A DNA stretch of 64,000 nt from Paraspadella gotoi (lineage: Eukaryota > Animalia > Chaetognatha): the NCBI GenBank assembly GCA_051294375.1, contig CM119263.1, positions 28,192,293 to 28,256,292 on the forward strand, written 5' to 3'. Positions 1-14,213 of this stretch are shown here, piece by piece (position 1 is the stretch's first letter; each line of letters begins with the position of its first letter). The notes under the pieces were generated by a model that saw only the letters and a program-made list of their open reading frames with translations, had not been told where the DNA came from and ran no database searches. Position numbers and translations under genes: made by a program.

Positions 1-372
1 TTAACTTGCTGTCAGAAGGTCATCAGACGATGTTTATAACTGGGTAACTTGGCTGAATCAGACGGATAAATGTAAAGTCTAATGGTTGAAAGTTTAAAAG
101 GATGAAACTAAAATAAGAGACCTGGAAACCTACTAATTAGTAAATTAACATATTTCTACAAATGGAGATTAAAGATCATTGAACAGAGAAAAGGCATTAG
201 CTTTGTTCATTTGTTCATTTCATTCTTGATTCATTCCCACTGTCGAAACCTTTGCTTCAACTCTCGGGGATTCGGGAGATTTCGACCGAAGGCTCGTAGG
301 GGGTGCAATTCTTTAACGTGGAAAGACTGTACATCAAAGGAAATTTCACACCCACTACAACGAATCCTTCAG

Positions 373-838
373 ATCATCCTCTGTGGTTGGGCTCCAAGTG
401 GCTCTCCATGAACGTCTTGATGTTGGACCCCAAGCGAGTTGTGGTCGACGCCAACGAAATCCCGCTTCACAAAATGTTCGAGAGTTTGGGTGAGTCCTCG
501 TCACAGACGAAGAAGAGGCACTCACGTGAATGTGACAATGTGAATCTAGGAGTACAGCCTGCACAGAATCCTTTGATTCATTAATTTTTTCTTTTTATTT
601 TGAATGTATTTGTTTTTCTTTATTTTTTTATTTATCTTTATTTATGAATTTATTTATTTACGTATTAATGTCTTTATTTATTTATGTATTTATTTATTTG
701 TATTACTATATACTTTTTTATAATTTAGGAATCGAATGCGTGAAAGTATCTCTTCGTTTCGCCAACTCGCTCGGCGGTGGGATGCACTGCTGGACGACGG
801 ACGTTCGCCGACGAGGAACTTTGGAATCTTATTTCTGA
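373..838 (+). CDS. GATM: Glycine amidinotransferase (AGAT), last two exons (373-489, 729-838); clean copy, 5' part lies outside the window
   Basis: Spliced translation [39 protein letters not shown]|[35 protein letters not shown] closely resembles the AGAT C-terminus including the catalytic Cys (GGGxHCWT); GT-AG intron. Confidence 0.95.
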
Positions 839-1232
839 GAAATGCTCAGATGATTTAGCGATGGTGATTCATGACAAACCCGATGCGTCACACGAAGAAG
901 ACTTGGTGATTAATGATTATTCTTAAAAAACCTAATCAAGTTTTATTTTCCCATTATCTCTCCATTTGTTTGTTTATTTTTTTAAAAAGTTTTTACGTGG
1001 TTAGCTTTATTTTTTAGTTTAGTGACTAAACAGAACTGGTGGGAAATTAAAAAATACTTATAACTTTAGTTATGTAGAAAAAATGATTCTATGTATATTT
1101 AATAGACGAATTTATTTTCATTATGGAGAAATACAGTTCATAACAGAAGCAATTTTTTTCCAAATATTTCGACTTTATTGCTCAGTCATCATCAGTGGAT
1201 ATAACGAAAAAAGGGAACTTAGAAAAACTGTT

Positions 1233-1293
<61 letters not shown>

Positions 1294-1667
1294 AATACAA
1301 TAATTAAAATGTAACACCATAACCATTTGCGATGAGAGATAACGATTCTATTTCTCCTCCCGTAACTCGAGAGAGAGAAAGAGGTCAAAATTTAAAAAAA
1401 ATAAACTGGTCAAAGACACTGTATTTCTCCATAATAAAAATATACTCGTATATTAAAATTATTCTAATGACTTTAAAAGAAAAGATTCTACGCATATTTG
1501 TTACAAAAGTTTTATGATGTCCACTCATCACAATTTATTCAGTACAACTACAAGAAAATCTTGAATAGTAGTTAAAATCCTGAGACATTGTAATCAAAAC
1601 TTCCGTCTAACAGTTAATGAACTCAAGCTGCTTATCATCTCCTTGCCTTCACACAATGTCAACCAAC

Positions 1668-2455
1668 TCATTGCTTACCGTTGACGACGTGTTCCTTGTC
1701 TCCATTCACAATCTCCACCACCTCATCCGTTGTCTCCCTCAACTCCTCGCCCTCGATCTCCACTCGCATCTCAACATCGAAATCTTGCAATAGGTCGACC
1801 CTGTCCTTGAAGGATCTTTGCTTCTTGATTTGCGTCAGGACTTTGGAGACGGTGGCGCCTTCGCCGTCGTCGTCGTCGTCGTCGTCGAACTTACGTCGTC
1901 GTCCTCGTCGTTCGTGTCGATTTTCTGAGAAAGAATTCGTCAGAAGTATTTTTAATTATTATCATATATATGTAAAAAATGTCGAGGCGGGAATTAAGAT
2001 ATTAAAAAGAGAAACAGTTTTAAAGTATAATTTAATGAGAATAAAGTTGTCAACGCGATGACCTGAAAGAGCTAAAGAGTATAACTTAGGAAGAAGTGAT
2101 GATAAGAATAAGAATAAGAATAAGAAGTGATGATAACTTAGGAAGAAGTGATGAATGAATAGCAAATGTGAAATTGGTTGTGAGACATCCATGCAGTATT
2201 TTGTAGAGTTCTTCGTGGAAATTACAAGAGCAAAAAAATAACAAACATGCTCCTAAATTTTCCCAAAGATCTCCACTAAAATAAGACTTATTTCAAAAAA
2301 TTAACGTAAAAAATATATTTCAAAAAAGGGCATTAAATTATGTTACTTTTTTACCTGTTCCGTTCAGCATTTTTTCTCGGTCGATTTTTTCTTTAGGAAA
2401 AACTTTTTTCGTTTTTTTGACGCGAATCTCCGTCGAATTCATGAGTTTTGTTTAT
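1668..2455 (-). CDS. Last two exons (2455-2355, 1924-1668) of an unidentified charged/acidic protein, convergent with GATM; duplicated at ~7768-8553
   Basis: Acceptor tacag, donor gtaa, acceptor ttctcag; joined frame ...EIRVKKTKKVFPKEKIDREKM.NGT|ENRHERRGRRRKFDDDDDDDGEGATVSKVLTQIKKQRSFKDRVDLLQDFDVEMRVEIEGEELRETT..NGKQ*. Confidence 0.5.
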
Positions 2456-3412
2456 CTGTAAAAAAAAANNNNNNNNNNNNNNNNNNNNNNNNNNNNNNNN
2501 NNNNNNNNNNNNNNNNNNNNNNNNNNNNNNNNNNNNNNNNNNNNNNNNNNNNNNNNNNNNNNNNNNNNNNNNNNNNNNNNNNNNNNNNNNNNNNNNNNNN
2601 NNNNNNNNNNNNNNNNNNNNNNNNNNNNNNNNNNNNNNNNNNNNNNNNNNNNNNNNNNNNNNNNNNNNNNNNNNNNNNNNNNNNNNNNNNNNNNNNNNNN
2701 NNNNNNNNNNNNNNNNNNNNNNNNNNNNNNNNNNNNNNNNNNNNNNNNNNNNNNNNNTCTTAGCGCATTTTTTACAGTATATTTATTCGACTTCGGACAC
2801 TAAATAAAAGGGCGGATTCCTCTTTTTTTTTATTCTTCGTCCGAGGTCATGCGTTGATCCCCTTAAACTATTTTCAGTTTTCAATTGAAATATCTCTCTT
2901 TCTCTCTCAATTATCTCAGTTCCCCGGCACAGAGGCTCCGAGGCTCCGCGGCCGGTTTTTTTTTTTAGAATTCGAATCTTCGGTTATAGATTCTCTCTTT
3001 TTTGGCGCGTTTTGGTCCCGTGCCTCGTTTTGTGTCCAAGTAGAAAAGGCAGAGAGAGAAATCAGGATGATTTGATTACGAATGAGAAATGAAGCAAAAT
3101 GGCGGCACACTTGCTATGTCGTTGGAATGATATGAGCAGCGGTTGTGGGAGAAAAATAATAAGGATTATAATAATTCTTATTTAGTCATCAAAATATTTT
3201 TTAAAATAATAAGGATTCTAATAATTCTCTTTTAGTCATCAAAATATAAATATATATATATTAAAAATAGAATTTCATATAATTAATATCATATACGAGT
3301 TATTTTTTTAAATAATTTGACGGTGTGCTCAAAAGGGTGTGCAGAAGCTTCCCGTCGAAGGGGAAGGGTTGTTGTGTTCGATGATATTGATCTTGATTTA
3401 ACTTGAGGCATC

Positions 3413-3444
<32 letters not shown>

Positions 3445-3576
3445 TGCTCTCGTTTGAAGAAGAAAAAAATTACCGAGGAGTAAAAAAAAATGAAACCCGT
3501 TGGGTCGGATACAAAACAGAAAACAGAAAAAAAACAGACCTTGAGACGAGGGTCGGACGTAGACCCGAGAGATGGG

Positions 3577-3672
<96 letters not shown>

Positions 3673-3935
3673 ACGAAAGAGTATAAAAAGAGCCTAGAAA
3701 TTTTTCCTATTTTTTTTTCCAACTCGCTGTCTTGAAAGAAGAATGAAAAAATTGAGAACCAGTTTCGCCATATTACATCGCTTCCAAGACAAAGAAAACT
3801 GAAAAAAAAAAGGAAAAGTCAGACAAAGATAAAAGATGTCAATTTCGAANNNNNNNNNNNNNNNNNNNNNNNNNACTCTAACGCTAACATAACTCTACAT
3901 TGCACACATTTGTATTGATATGCAACGCGACGTTA

Positions 3936-6892
<2,957 letters not shown>

Positions 6893-7308
6893 GAAATGCT
6901 CAGATGATTTAGCGATGGTGATTCATGAAAAACCCGATATGCGTCACACGAAGAAGACTTGTGATTAATGATTATTCTTAAAAAAAACCTAATCAGTTTT
7001 ATTTTCCTATTATCTCTCCATTTGTTGTTTGTTTTTTTTTTTTTAAGTTTTTAGGTGTTAGCTTTTTTTTTAGTTAGTGACTAAACAGAACTGGTGGGAA
7101 ATTTAAAAAATACTTATAACTTTAGTTATGTAGAAAAAATGATTCTATGTATATTTAATAGACGAATTTAGTTTCATTATGGAGAAATACAGTTCATAAC
7201 AGAAGCAATTTTTTTCCAAATATTTCGACTTTATTGCTCAGTCATCATCAGTGGATATAACGAAAAAAGGGAACTTAGAAAAACTGTTCAAGAGAGAGAG
7301 AGAGAGAA

Positions 7309-7396
<88 letters not shown>

Positions 7397-9516
7397 TAAT
7401 ACAATAATTAAAAATGTAACACCATAACCATTTGCGATGAGAGATAACGATTCTATTTCTCCTCCCGTAACTCGAGAGAGAGAAAGAGGTCAAAATTTAA
7501 AAAAAATAAAACTGGTCAAAGACACTGTATTTCTCCATAATAAAAATATACTCGTAAATTAAAATTATTCTAATGACTTTAAAAGAAAAAGATTCTACGC
7601 ATATTGTTACAAAAATTTTCTGATGTCCACTCATCACAATTTATTCAGTACAAGAAAATCTTGAATAGTAGTTAAAATCCTGAGACATTGTAATCAAAAC
7701 TTCCGTCTAACAGTTAATGAACTCAAGCTGCTTATCATCTCCTTGCCTTCACACAATGTCAACCAACTCATTGGTTACCGTTGACGACGTGTTCCTTGTC
7801 TCCATTCACAATCTCCACCACCTCATCCGTTGTCTCCCTCAACTCCTGCCCTCGATCTCCACTCGCATCTCAACATCGAAATCTTGCAATAGGTCGACCT
7901 GTCCTTGAAGATCTTTGCTTCTTGATTTGCGTCAGGACTTTTGGAGACGGTGGCGCCTTCGCCGTCGTCGTCGTCGTCGTCGTCGAACTTACGTCGTCGT
8001 CCTCGTCGTTCGTGTCGATTTTCTGAGAAAGAATTCGTCAGAAGTATTTTTAATTATTATCATATATATGTAAAAAATGTCGAGGCGGGAATTAAGATAT
8101 TAAAAAAGAAAACAGTTTTAAAGTATAATTTAATGAGAATAAAGTTTGTCAACGCGATGACCTGAAAGAGCTAAAGAGTATACATTAGGAAGAAGTGATG
8201 ATAAGAATAAGAATAAGAATAAGAAGTGATGATAACTTAGGAAGAAGTGATGAATGAATAGCAAATGTGAAATTGGTTGTGAGACATCCATGCAGTATTT
8301 TGTAGAGTTCTTCGTGGAAATTACAGAGCAAAAAAATAACAAACATGCTCCTAAATTTTCCCAAAAGATCTCACTAAAATAAGACTTATTTCAAAAAATT
8401 AACGTAAAAATATATTTTCAAAAAAGGGCATTAAATTATGTTACTTTTTTACCTGTTCCGTTCTGCATTTTTTCTCGGTCGATTTTTTCTTTAGGAAAAA
8501 CTTTTTTTCGTTTTTTTGACGCGAATCTCCGTCGAATTCATGAGTTTTGTTTTCTGTAAAAAAAAAAACCAAAACATAAAACACGTTACAAATTGTTGCT
8601 GCTCAGCACAAAAAATATTTAAACTGTATTTTTTTAATTTCAAAATATTAGCTTTGCTTTTGAGCATTTTTATTAGATTTTTAAAACGATTAAATTTAAT
8701 TTCTTAGCGCATTTTTTACAGTATATTTATTCGACTTCAGACACTAAATAAAAGGGCGGATTCCTCTTTTTTTTTTATTCTTCGTCCGAGGTCATGCTTG
8801 ATCCCCTTAAACTATTTTCAGTTTTCAATTGAATTCCTCTCTTTCTCTCTCTAATTATCAGTCCCCAGCACAGAGGCTCGAGGCTCCGCGGCCGGTTTTT
8901 TTTTTTAGAATTCGAATCTTCGGTTATAGATTCTCTCTTTTTTGGCGCTTTTGGTCCCGTGCCTCGTTTTGTGTCCAAGTAGAAAAAGGCAGAGAGAGAA
9001 ATCAGGATGATTTGATTACGAATGAGAAATGAAGCAAAATGGCGGCACACTTGCTATGTCGTTGGAATGATATGAGCAGCGGCTTGTGGAGAAAAACAAT
9101 AAGGATTATAATAATTCTTATTTAGTCATCAAAATATTTTTAAAATAATAAGGATTCTAATAATTCTTTTTAGTCATCAAAATATAAATATATATAATAT
9201 TAAAAATAGAATTTCATATAATTAATATCATATACGAGTTATTTTTTTAAATAATTTGACGGTGTGCTCAAAAGGGTGTGCAGAAGCTTCCCGTCGAAGG
9301 GAAGGGTTGTTGTGTTCGATGATATTGATCTTGATTTAACTTGAGGCCTCTCGTCGTCGTGTCGTCGTCGTCGTCGCGTCGCGTCGTTGCTCTCGTTTGA
9401 AGAGAAAAAATTACCGAGGAGTAAAAAAAAATGAAACCCGTTGGGTCGGATACAAAAACAGAAAACAGAAAAAAAACAGACCTTGAACGAGGGTCGACGT
9501 AGACCCGAGAGATGGG

Positions 9517-9611
<95 letters not shown>

Positions 9612-9896
9612 AACGAAAGAGTATAAAAAGAGCCTAGAAATTTTTCCTATTTTTTTTTCCAACTCGCTGTCTGAAAGAAGAATGAAAAATGAGAACCAGT
9701 TTCGGCCATATTCATCGCTTCCAAGACAAAGAAAACTGAAAAAAAAAAGGAAAGTCAGACAAAGAAAAAGATGTCAATTCGAACAAGGAGATAAAAAAAA
9801 GGAAAAGACGTAAACTTGAAAAGAAAAAGAAAAAGAAACGGGAGGGGAAAAACGACTTTTAGGAAAATAGGAGAATCTAATATCCATTAGTATTAG

Positions 9897-10482
9897 TAGA
9901 GCAAACTTCGTCATGGGTGGGTCAGAGTTTGATTTGGGAACCTTTCCAAATGAAACTTCATACATTTCTGAGAAAACTTTCAATGGAGCAAATTTCTAAA
10001 TGGCAAGAAGCATTAGTAATTAATTTTTTAATATTTATTTATAGATAGGAATGTCAAAATTTTTTTGAATTTTTATTTTTAAAGCGATTCAAAAGCTTAT
10101 GAAAAGTTATCTACACAAGTATAATTCTTTTTTTCAATATTTGATGATAAGTGGGTTAAAATGAGAAAAACCTTAAAAAATCATCACTTCATCATCCGAT
10201 GATTTTAGCAGTTTTTACTAATTTTAGTATAAAACATCAAATTTAAAAAGTTGTAATTATATTTTTTGCTTAACTTTTTAAGCTCTATCAGAATCAATTA
10301 AAAGAACTTAAAATATTCAAAAAAAAATTTTTAACATATATAGCAATATAATATATATAATTAGCGAATTACTCATGGTTCGGAACATTTTTGCAAAAAA
10401 ATATTTTAACACAATAATTAATACCAATAATGAATTAGTTTAATGGCTGTTCCCATTAAATTTGAATTTGGTCGGCTACCGC
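9897..10482. mobile_element. ~586-bp TIR-less insertion element; second copy at ~17502-18118
   Basis: Flanked by a 9-bp direct repeat TAGTATTAG (9888-9896, 10483-10491); near-identical copy in a WD40 intron is absent from the duplicate at ~22594. Confidence 0.7.
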
Positions 10483-11058
10483 TAGTATTAGGGTTACGAT
10501 AACCGTTAACAGTTAACGGTTATTAACGGTTAAAAATAATTTTAACTAACCGTTAATATATTTATTTAACGGTTAAATTCGGTTAATTTTTAAATATGAT
10601 TTTTTTTATTTTTTGGTTTTTAAATCTTTGATTTTTTAAAAGAAAAGTAATTTTCTTGTCCTCTCTTATTCTCCTCTCTTTTTCTCCACATATTTTTTCA
10701 CCTCTCTCTCTTTTCCATTTTTTCCTATTTTTTTCCTTGTTATTTTCAACCCTTTTAATCTTTTTTCTATACTAATCTCCTTCTGTACCTATCTCTTTCT
10801 TTCTCTCTTTTCCCCTCCTTCTTTTCCCCCTTTCTTTTCTCCTCTTTTTTTCTCCCTTTTCTTTTACCTTTTTCATTTTTTGTCTCCCTTCAGTGTTTTT
10901 TTCTTTTCTTACTTACTTTTCTCCCAATTTTTTTTTCGTTTTTCCTTTCAATTAATTTTATTGCATTTACATCAAAGAATATAATAAAATATAATATATA
11001 TTCACATGCATAATAGTTGCATACATTTTCTTACATAATTAAATTCTTATATAAAATA

Positions 11059-11205
11059 AGCCACGTACTCTGGAGTGAATAAACGAGACTGTGAGAGAGT
11101 CTTGATTGAAAGCTTGCAGGGACCTGCTATGTCATTATCTTGTAAGAGAGATGAAGGCCTTAAACCACCAAAGCCTGTCCAAAGTCAGGGGCAAGATTAG
11201 CTTAT
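11059..11205 (+). repeat. ~150-bp dispersed repeat, second copy 30926-31070
   Basis: GTACTCTGG(G)AGTGAATAAACGAGACTGTGAGA.AGTCTTGATTGAAAGCTTGCAGGGACC...GTCCAAAGTCAGGGGCAAGAT shared at both sites. Confidence 0.85.
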
Positions 11206-11624
11206 TTATGTAAATGAATGGCATAATTTTTATATTTGTACCAATTTCATAATATATGCCTATTTTGCTATTTTTTTTATTTCACTCTTTAAACAAACAA
11301 AGAAGCAAATGAAATAAACCAAAATGAAGAAAAATTATTAAAAAAACTATATAAAACTAATTGTAATGAAAAAAATTAATAATAGAAGGAACTAATCTTA
11401 AAATGGACATTAAGGCTAACTAAAACTATCCTTCAATCATGATATATTTTTTAATAAAACTGAAAAAAAATATTTAATAATCAATATTCATTGATCAATC
11501 GATCAATCAAACTGGTTCAATCAAAAAAATATTATTCATAATTTATATTATGGTTATGGCTTATGAAAAAATAAAAACAGAAAACAAAGGTTTAAGAAAC
11601 TAACAACTAGAAAAATAAGCATTG

Positions 11625-11661
11625 CTGATGAAGACTCTAATTGTAGAGTCGAAAACATGTC
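11625..11661 (+). ncRNA. Minimal hammerhead-ribozyme-like motif (Penelope-type)
   Basis: CTGATGA-A-GACTCT(aattgt)AGAGTC-GAAAAC-AT-GTC; palindromic ACATGT stem III; short stem I; AATAAA downstream. Confidence 0.6.
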
Positions 11662-12020
11662 CGAACAAACAAATAAATTGTTTTCCTCTCTAAAAGTTAA
11701 ATTATAAAATTAACCGATTTTTAACGGTTAAGCGAAATTTCTCAAAAATTAACGTTATCGAACCCTAATTAGTATTAATTGTTATTCCTTTATTTTTAAG
11801 ATATACCTAGTTGATAAACTAACTTGTACGCCAAAGACAGGTAATAAATAATAGAGCGATGATTTTAAAAGACTCAAGAGAGTCATCAACATAGTTAATT
11901 TTTAATATTATATATTATATTATTATTATTATTATATTTAAAGACTCAAAAGAGGTCATCAACCATAGTTAATTGTTATTATTAATATTATTAATACTCT
12001 TGGATCCAATTCCCGTTTAG

Positions 12021-12995
12021 TCGCGAAATCGAGTTTGGATGAAAACTCGAATTAGGGAAAAGAAGTTGATGGGTGAGTTATTAAATTGGTGAGGACGACG
12101 ACGACGATGACGGCGACGATGACATCGAGGAACTCGGACTCCATTAAACCTGAGCAAGATAGGTTTAATCATTAATGATGATTAAACCCTATCTTGCTCA
12201 GGTTCGCCCTGCCGATCGACTCTCCCGGAACCGAAGACTTATTCAACGGACGACCTCAGTTTAAATCTCATGGTCCCGAGTACAATCCAATTGTCTTCCC
12301 TTTAGAAATTTTGAGAACGGAGTTAAATGACGTCTGTAACCTGATCAATGATTTTGTTTCTAAGCGAACGTTCTCTCTCTGTTACGAGGAGTCGGGAGAA
12401 ATTTAAGGTGGGTGTGGCGGTAAATTCACACCGCCTCACTTCCAACATCTTTCAGCCAATCCCTTTGCCTCAGAGCGGAAACGCACCATCCCTTCCATTC
12501 ACAGTTTTAACGACTTCCCTCTACGTTGGCGAAGTGAAACAGTCCTCGGGCAGCCGCGCCAGTGACAGGAGGGGTCTCTGTGGCTCGATAGTCCCCAAAG
12601 CCAAGGGAGAACTGCCCAATATACTATAGATTCTACAGTCCAGATATGTTCCAGAAACCACTCTGCTGACATTTTGCTCTTCTATGGACCTCGTTTTGGC
12701 TCATAAAACCCGCGATGAATCCTGTTCGTCTTCTCGCCAACAGAATCTATGACTCATCGACTAAACTCATCCATTGGCGACTCGGCAAGAAAGCCAGAAC
12801 AACGACAGCATCAGTGGTCTGGAAGTCGATGAGGATGAGGATGATGATTGAAAAGGGACATCGGTGTTACGACACCTTATTGACAATGAGGGAAAGAGAG
12901 ACACAGGTCATTTCGTGATGACAACGACAACAAGCGGGGATCGATCGATAACAATAACAACAACACCAAGGACGATTGTCAAAAAAGAAAATGAC
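12021..12995 (+). CDS. Possible exons of an unidentified gene (~12021-12072, 12201-12407, 12455-~12630, 12909-~12995)
   Basis: GC-richer blocks bounded by AG/GT sites; e.g. FALPIDSPGTEDLFNGRPQFKSHGPEYNPIVFPLEILRTELNDVCNLINDF; frames not reconcilable without indels. Confidence 0.3.
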
Positions 12996-13364
12996 CCAAC
13001 TGGATTCGATCTCGGGATTTCTCGTTCGATAAATCATCTTCTCTTCCTCTTTCGCTTCCTAATTTTCTTTTCCATTTTTCCTCTTCCCCTCTTTATCTCT
13101 TCCTTCTCTTCTGTCGCCAGCCTTATCAAAAAAAGGATATATTAAATCCAGTTATGATTAGATAAAAAAAGATATGAGGTTGTAAATTAGTTGTCGGGCC
13201 GGTTTTTAGCAGAATGAAAATGTATCAAATTCTTTAATCTTCATTTCTTTAATTTTTTTAGCGTATAAATTTATTTGGATCCAGTTACGTTGAAATTCAT
13301 ATATTTAGCAAAAAAATCATTTAAAGAAGTTTCTTTCATCTCTTCATTTTTCCGGGTTCCTTAC

Positions 13365-13681
13365 CCTTCAAAACTGTTCGTCCCTTTCCCTTAGATGTCC
13401 TCCGTTAGGAATGGGTAAGTTTTACTTTCCAACCTCCAAACTTGATTACCTAATTTGCGAACCCTGTCGTCCTTCGACCTTTCCAGTTTCATCTTTGATC
13501 GATTGAACGATAGAAAAAAAAATTGACCAATGGAGCTCCGACTTTTTCTACTACTCTACTAAATTGAAATTTCTTTTGTTAGCTTTACGTCTGAACATAC
13601 CAGTGACCTTTTCGTTCCTCACCTCAAAACAAGGTTTAATCTTCGTCTCGGATTTTTTCGCCAAGAAATTATTATTTGATC
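13365..13681 (-). CDS. Possible short exons of a minus-strand gene divergent from the WD40 promoter
   Basis: Three donor-like sites on minus (gtgagg, gtaatc, gtaagg) with short frames SNNNFLAKKSETKIKPCFE and MKLERSKDDRVRKL. Confidence 0.25.
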
Positions 13682-14160
13682 TGATAAAACGAATCACGAA
13701 TTGAAATCGATAAGATTTTTTTCGAGAGAGGCCGCGCCGGTCCGAGAAATAATTTTAAGGGAAAACTATGTAATTCTTGCAAAATAAAATTAATATCGTT
13801 TTATTTTATGAGTTTTATGAATTACTGATATTATTATTATTCAAAATAAAAAATAAGAATTTTTTTCCCGTTATGGATAATTTACTTATTTACAATTTAT
13901 TTTAGGCAAGGAGTTTTTCTTAAATTCAACTTACATAATAAATATTTTTCAAACCTTAAGTTTAAAAATTCGTATTAGAGGTTCCTCAAAAAAATCTTTG
14001 ACTAAAACCGGAGAATAAAAAAAAGCAAATAGAAAATAATTGATCCCCTCTCATAGGAGGTCTTTTTTTTAAATTCTTTAAACTCACTTATTTTATGTTT
14101 TCGACCTGAATTGTTTTACTTCTCTTCTTTGTACTCAGGCTTCTGTTTTTTTTTCCTACC

Positions 14161-14164
<4 letters not shown>

Positions 14165-14213
<49 letters not shown>

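Larger units (their letters stand above)
10489..11767. mobile_element. Non-autonomous hAT-like element (copy 1)
   Basis: TIRs TAGGGTTACGATAACCGTTAA / TTAACGTTATCGAACCCTA, subterminal TTAACGGTTA repeats; 8-bp TSD ATTAGTAT (9886-9893, 11768-11775) restored once the 9897-10482 insert is removed. Confidence 0.8.

Noticed and set aside
3300-3735. ORFs rich in ER/SL repeats (also 5309-5727, 9239-9662, 28305-29223, 37566-37910, 40311-40695)
   Set aside because: Translations of (AG)n and other purine-rich microsatellites
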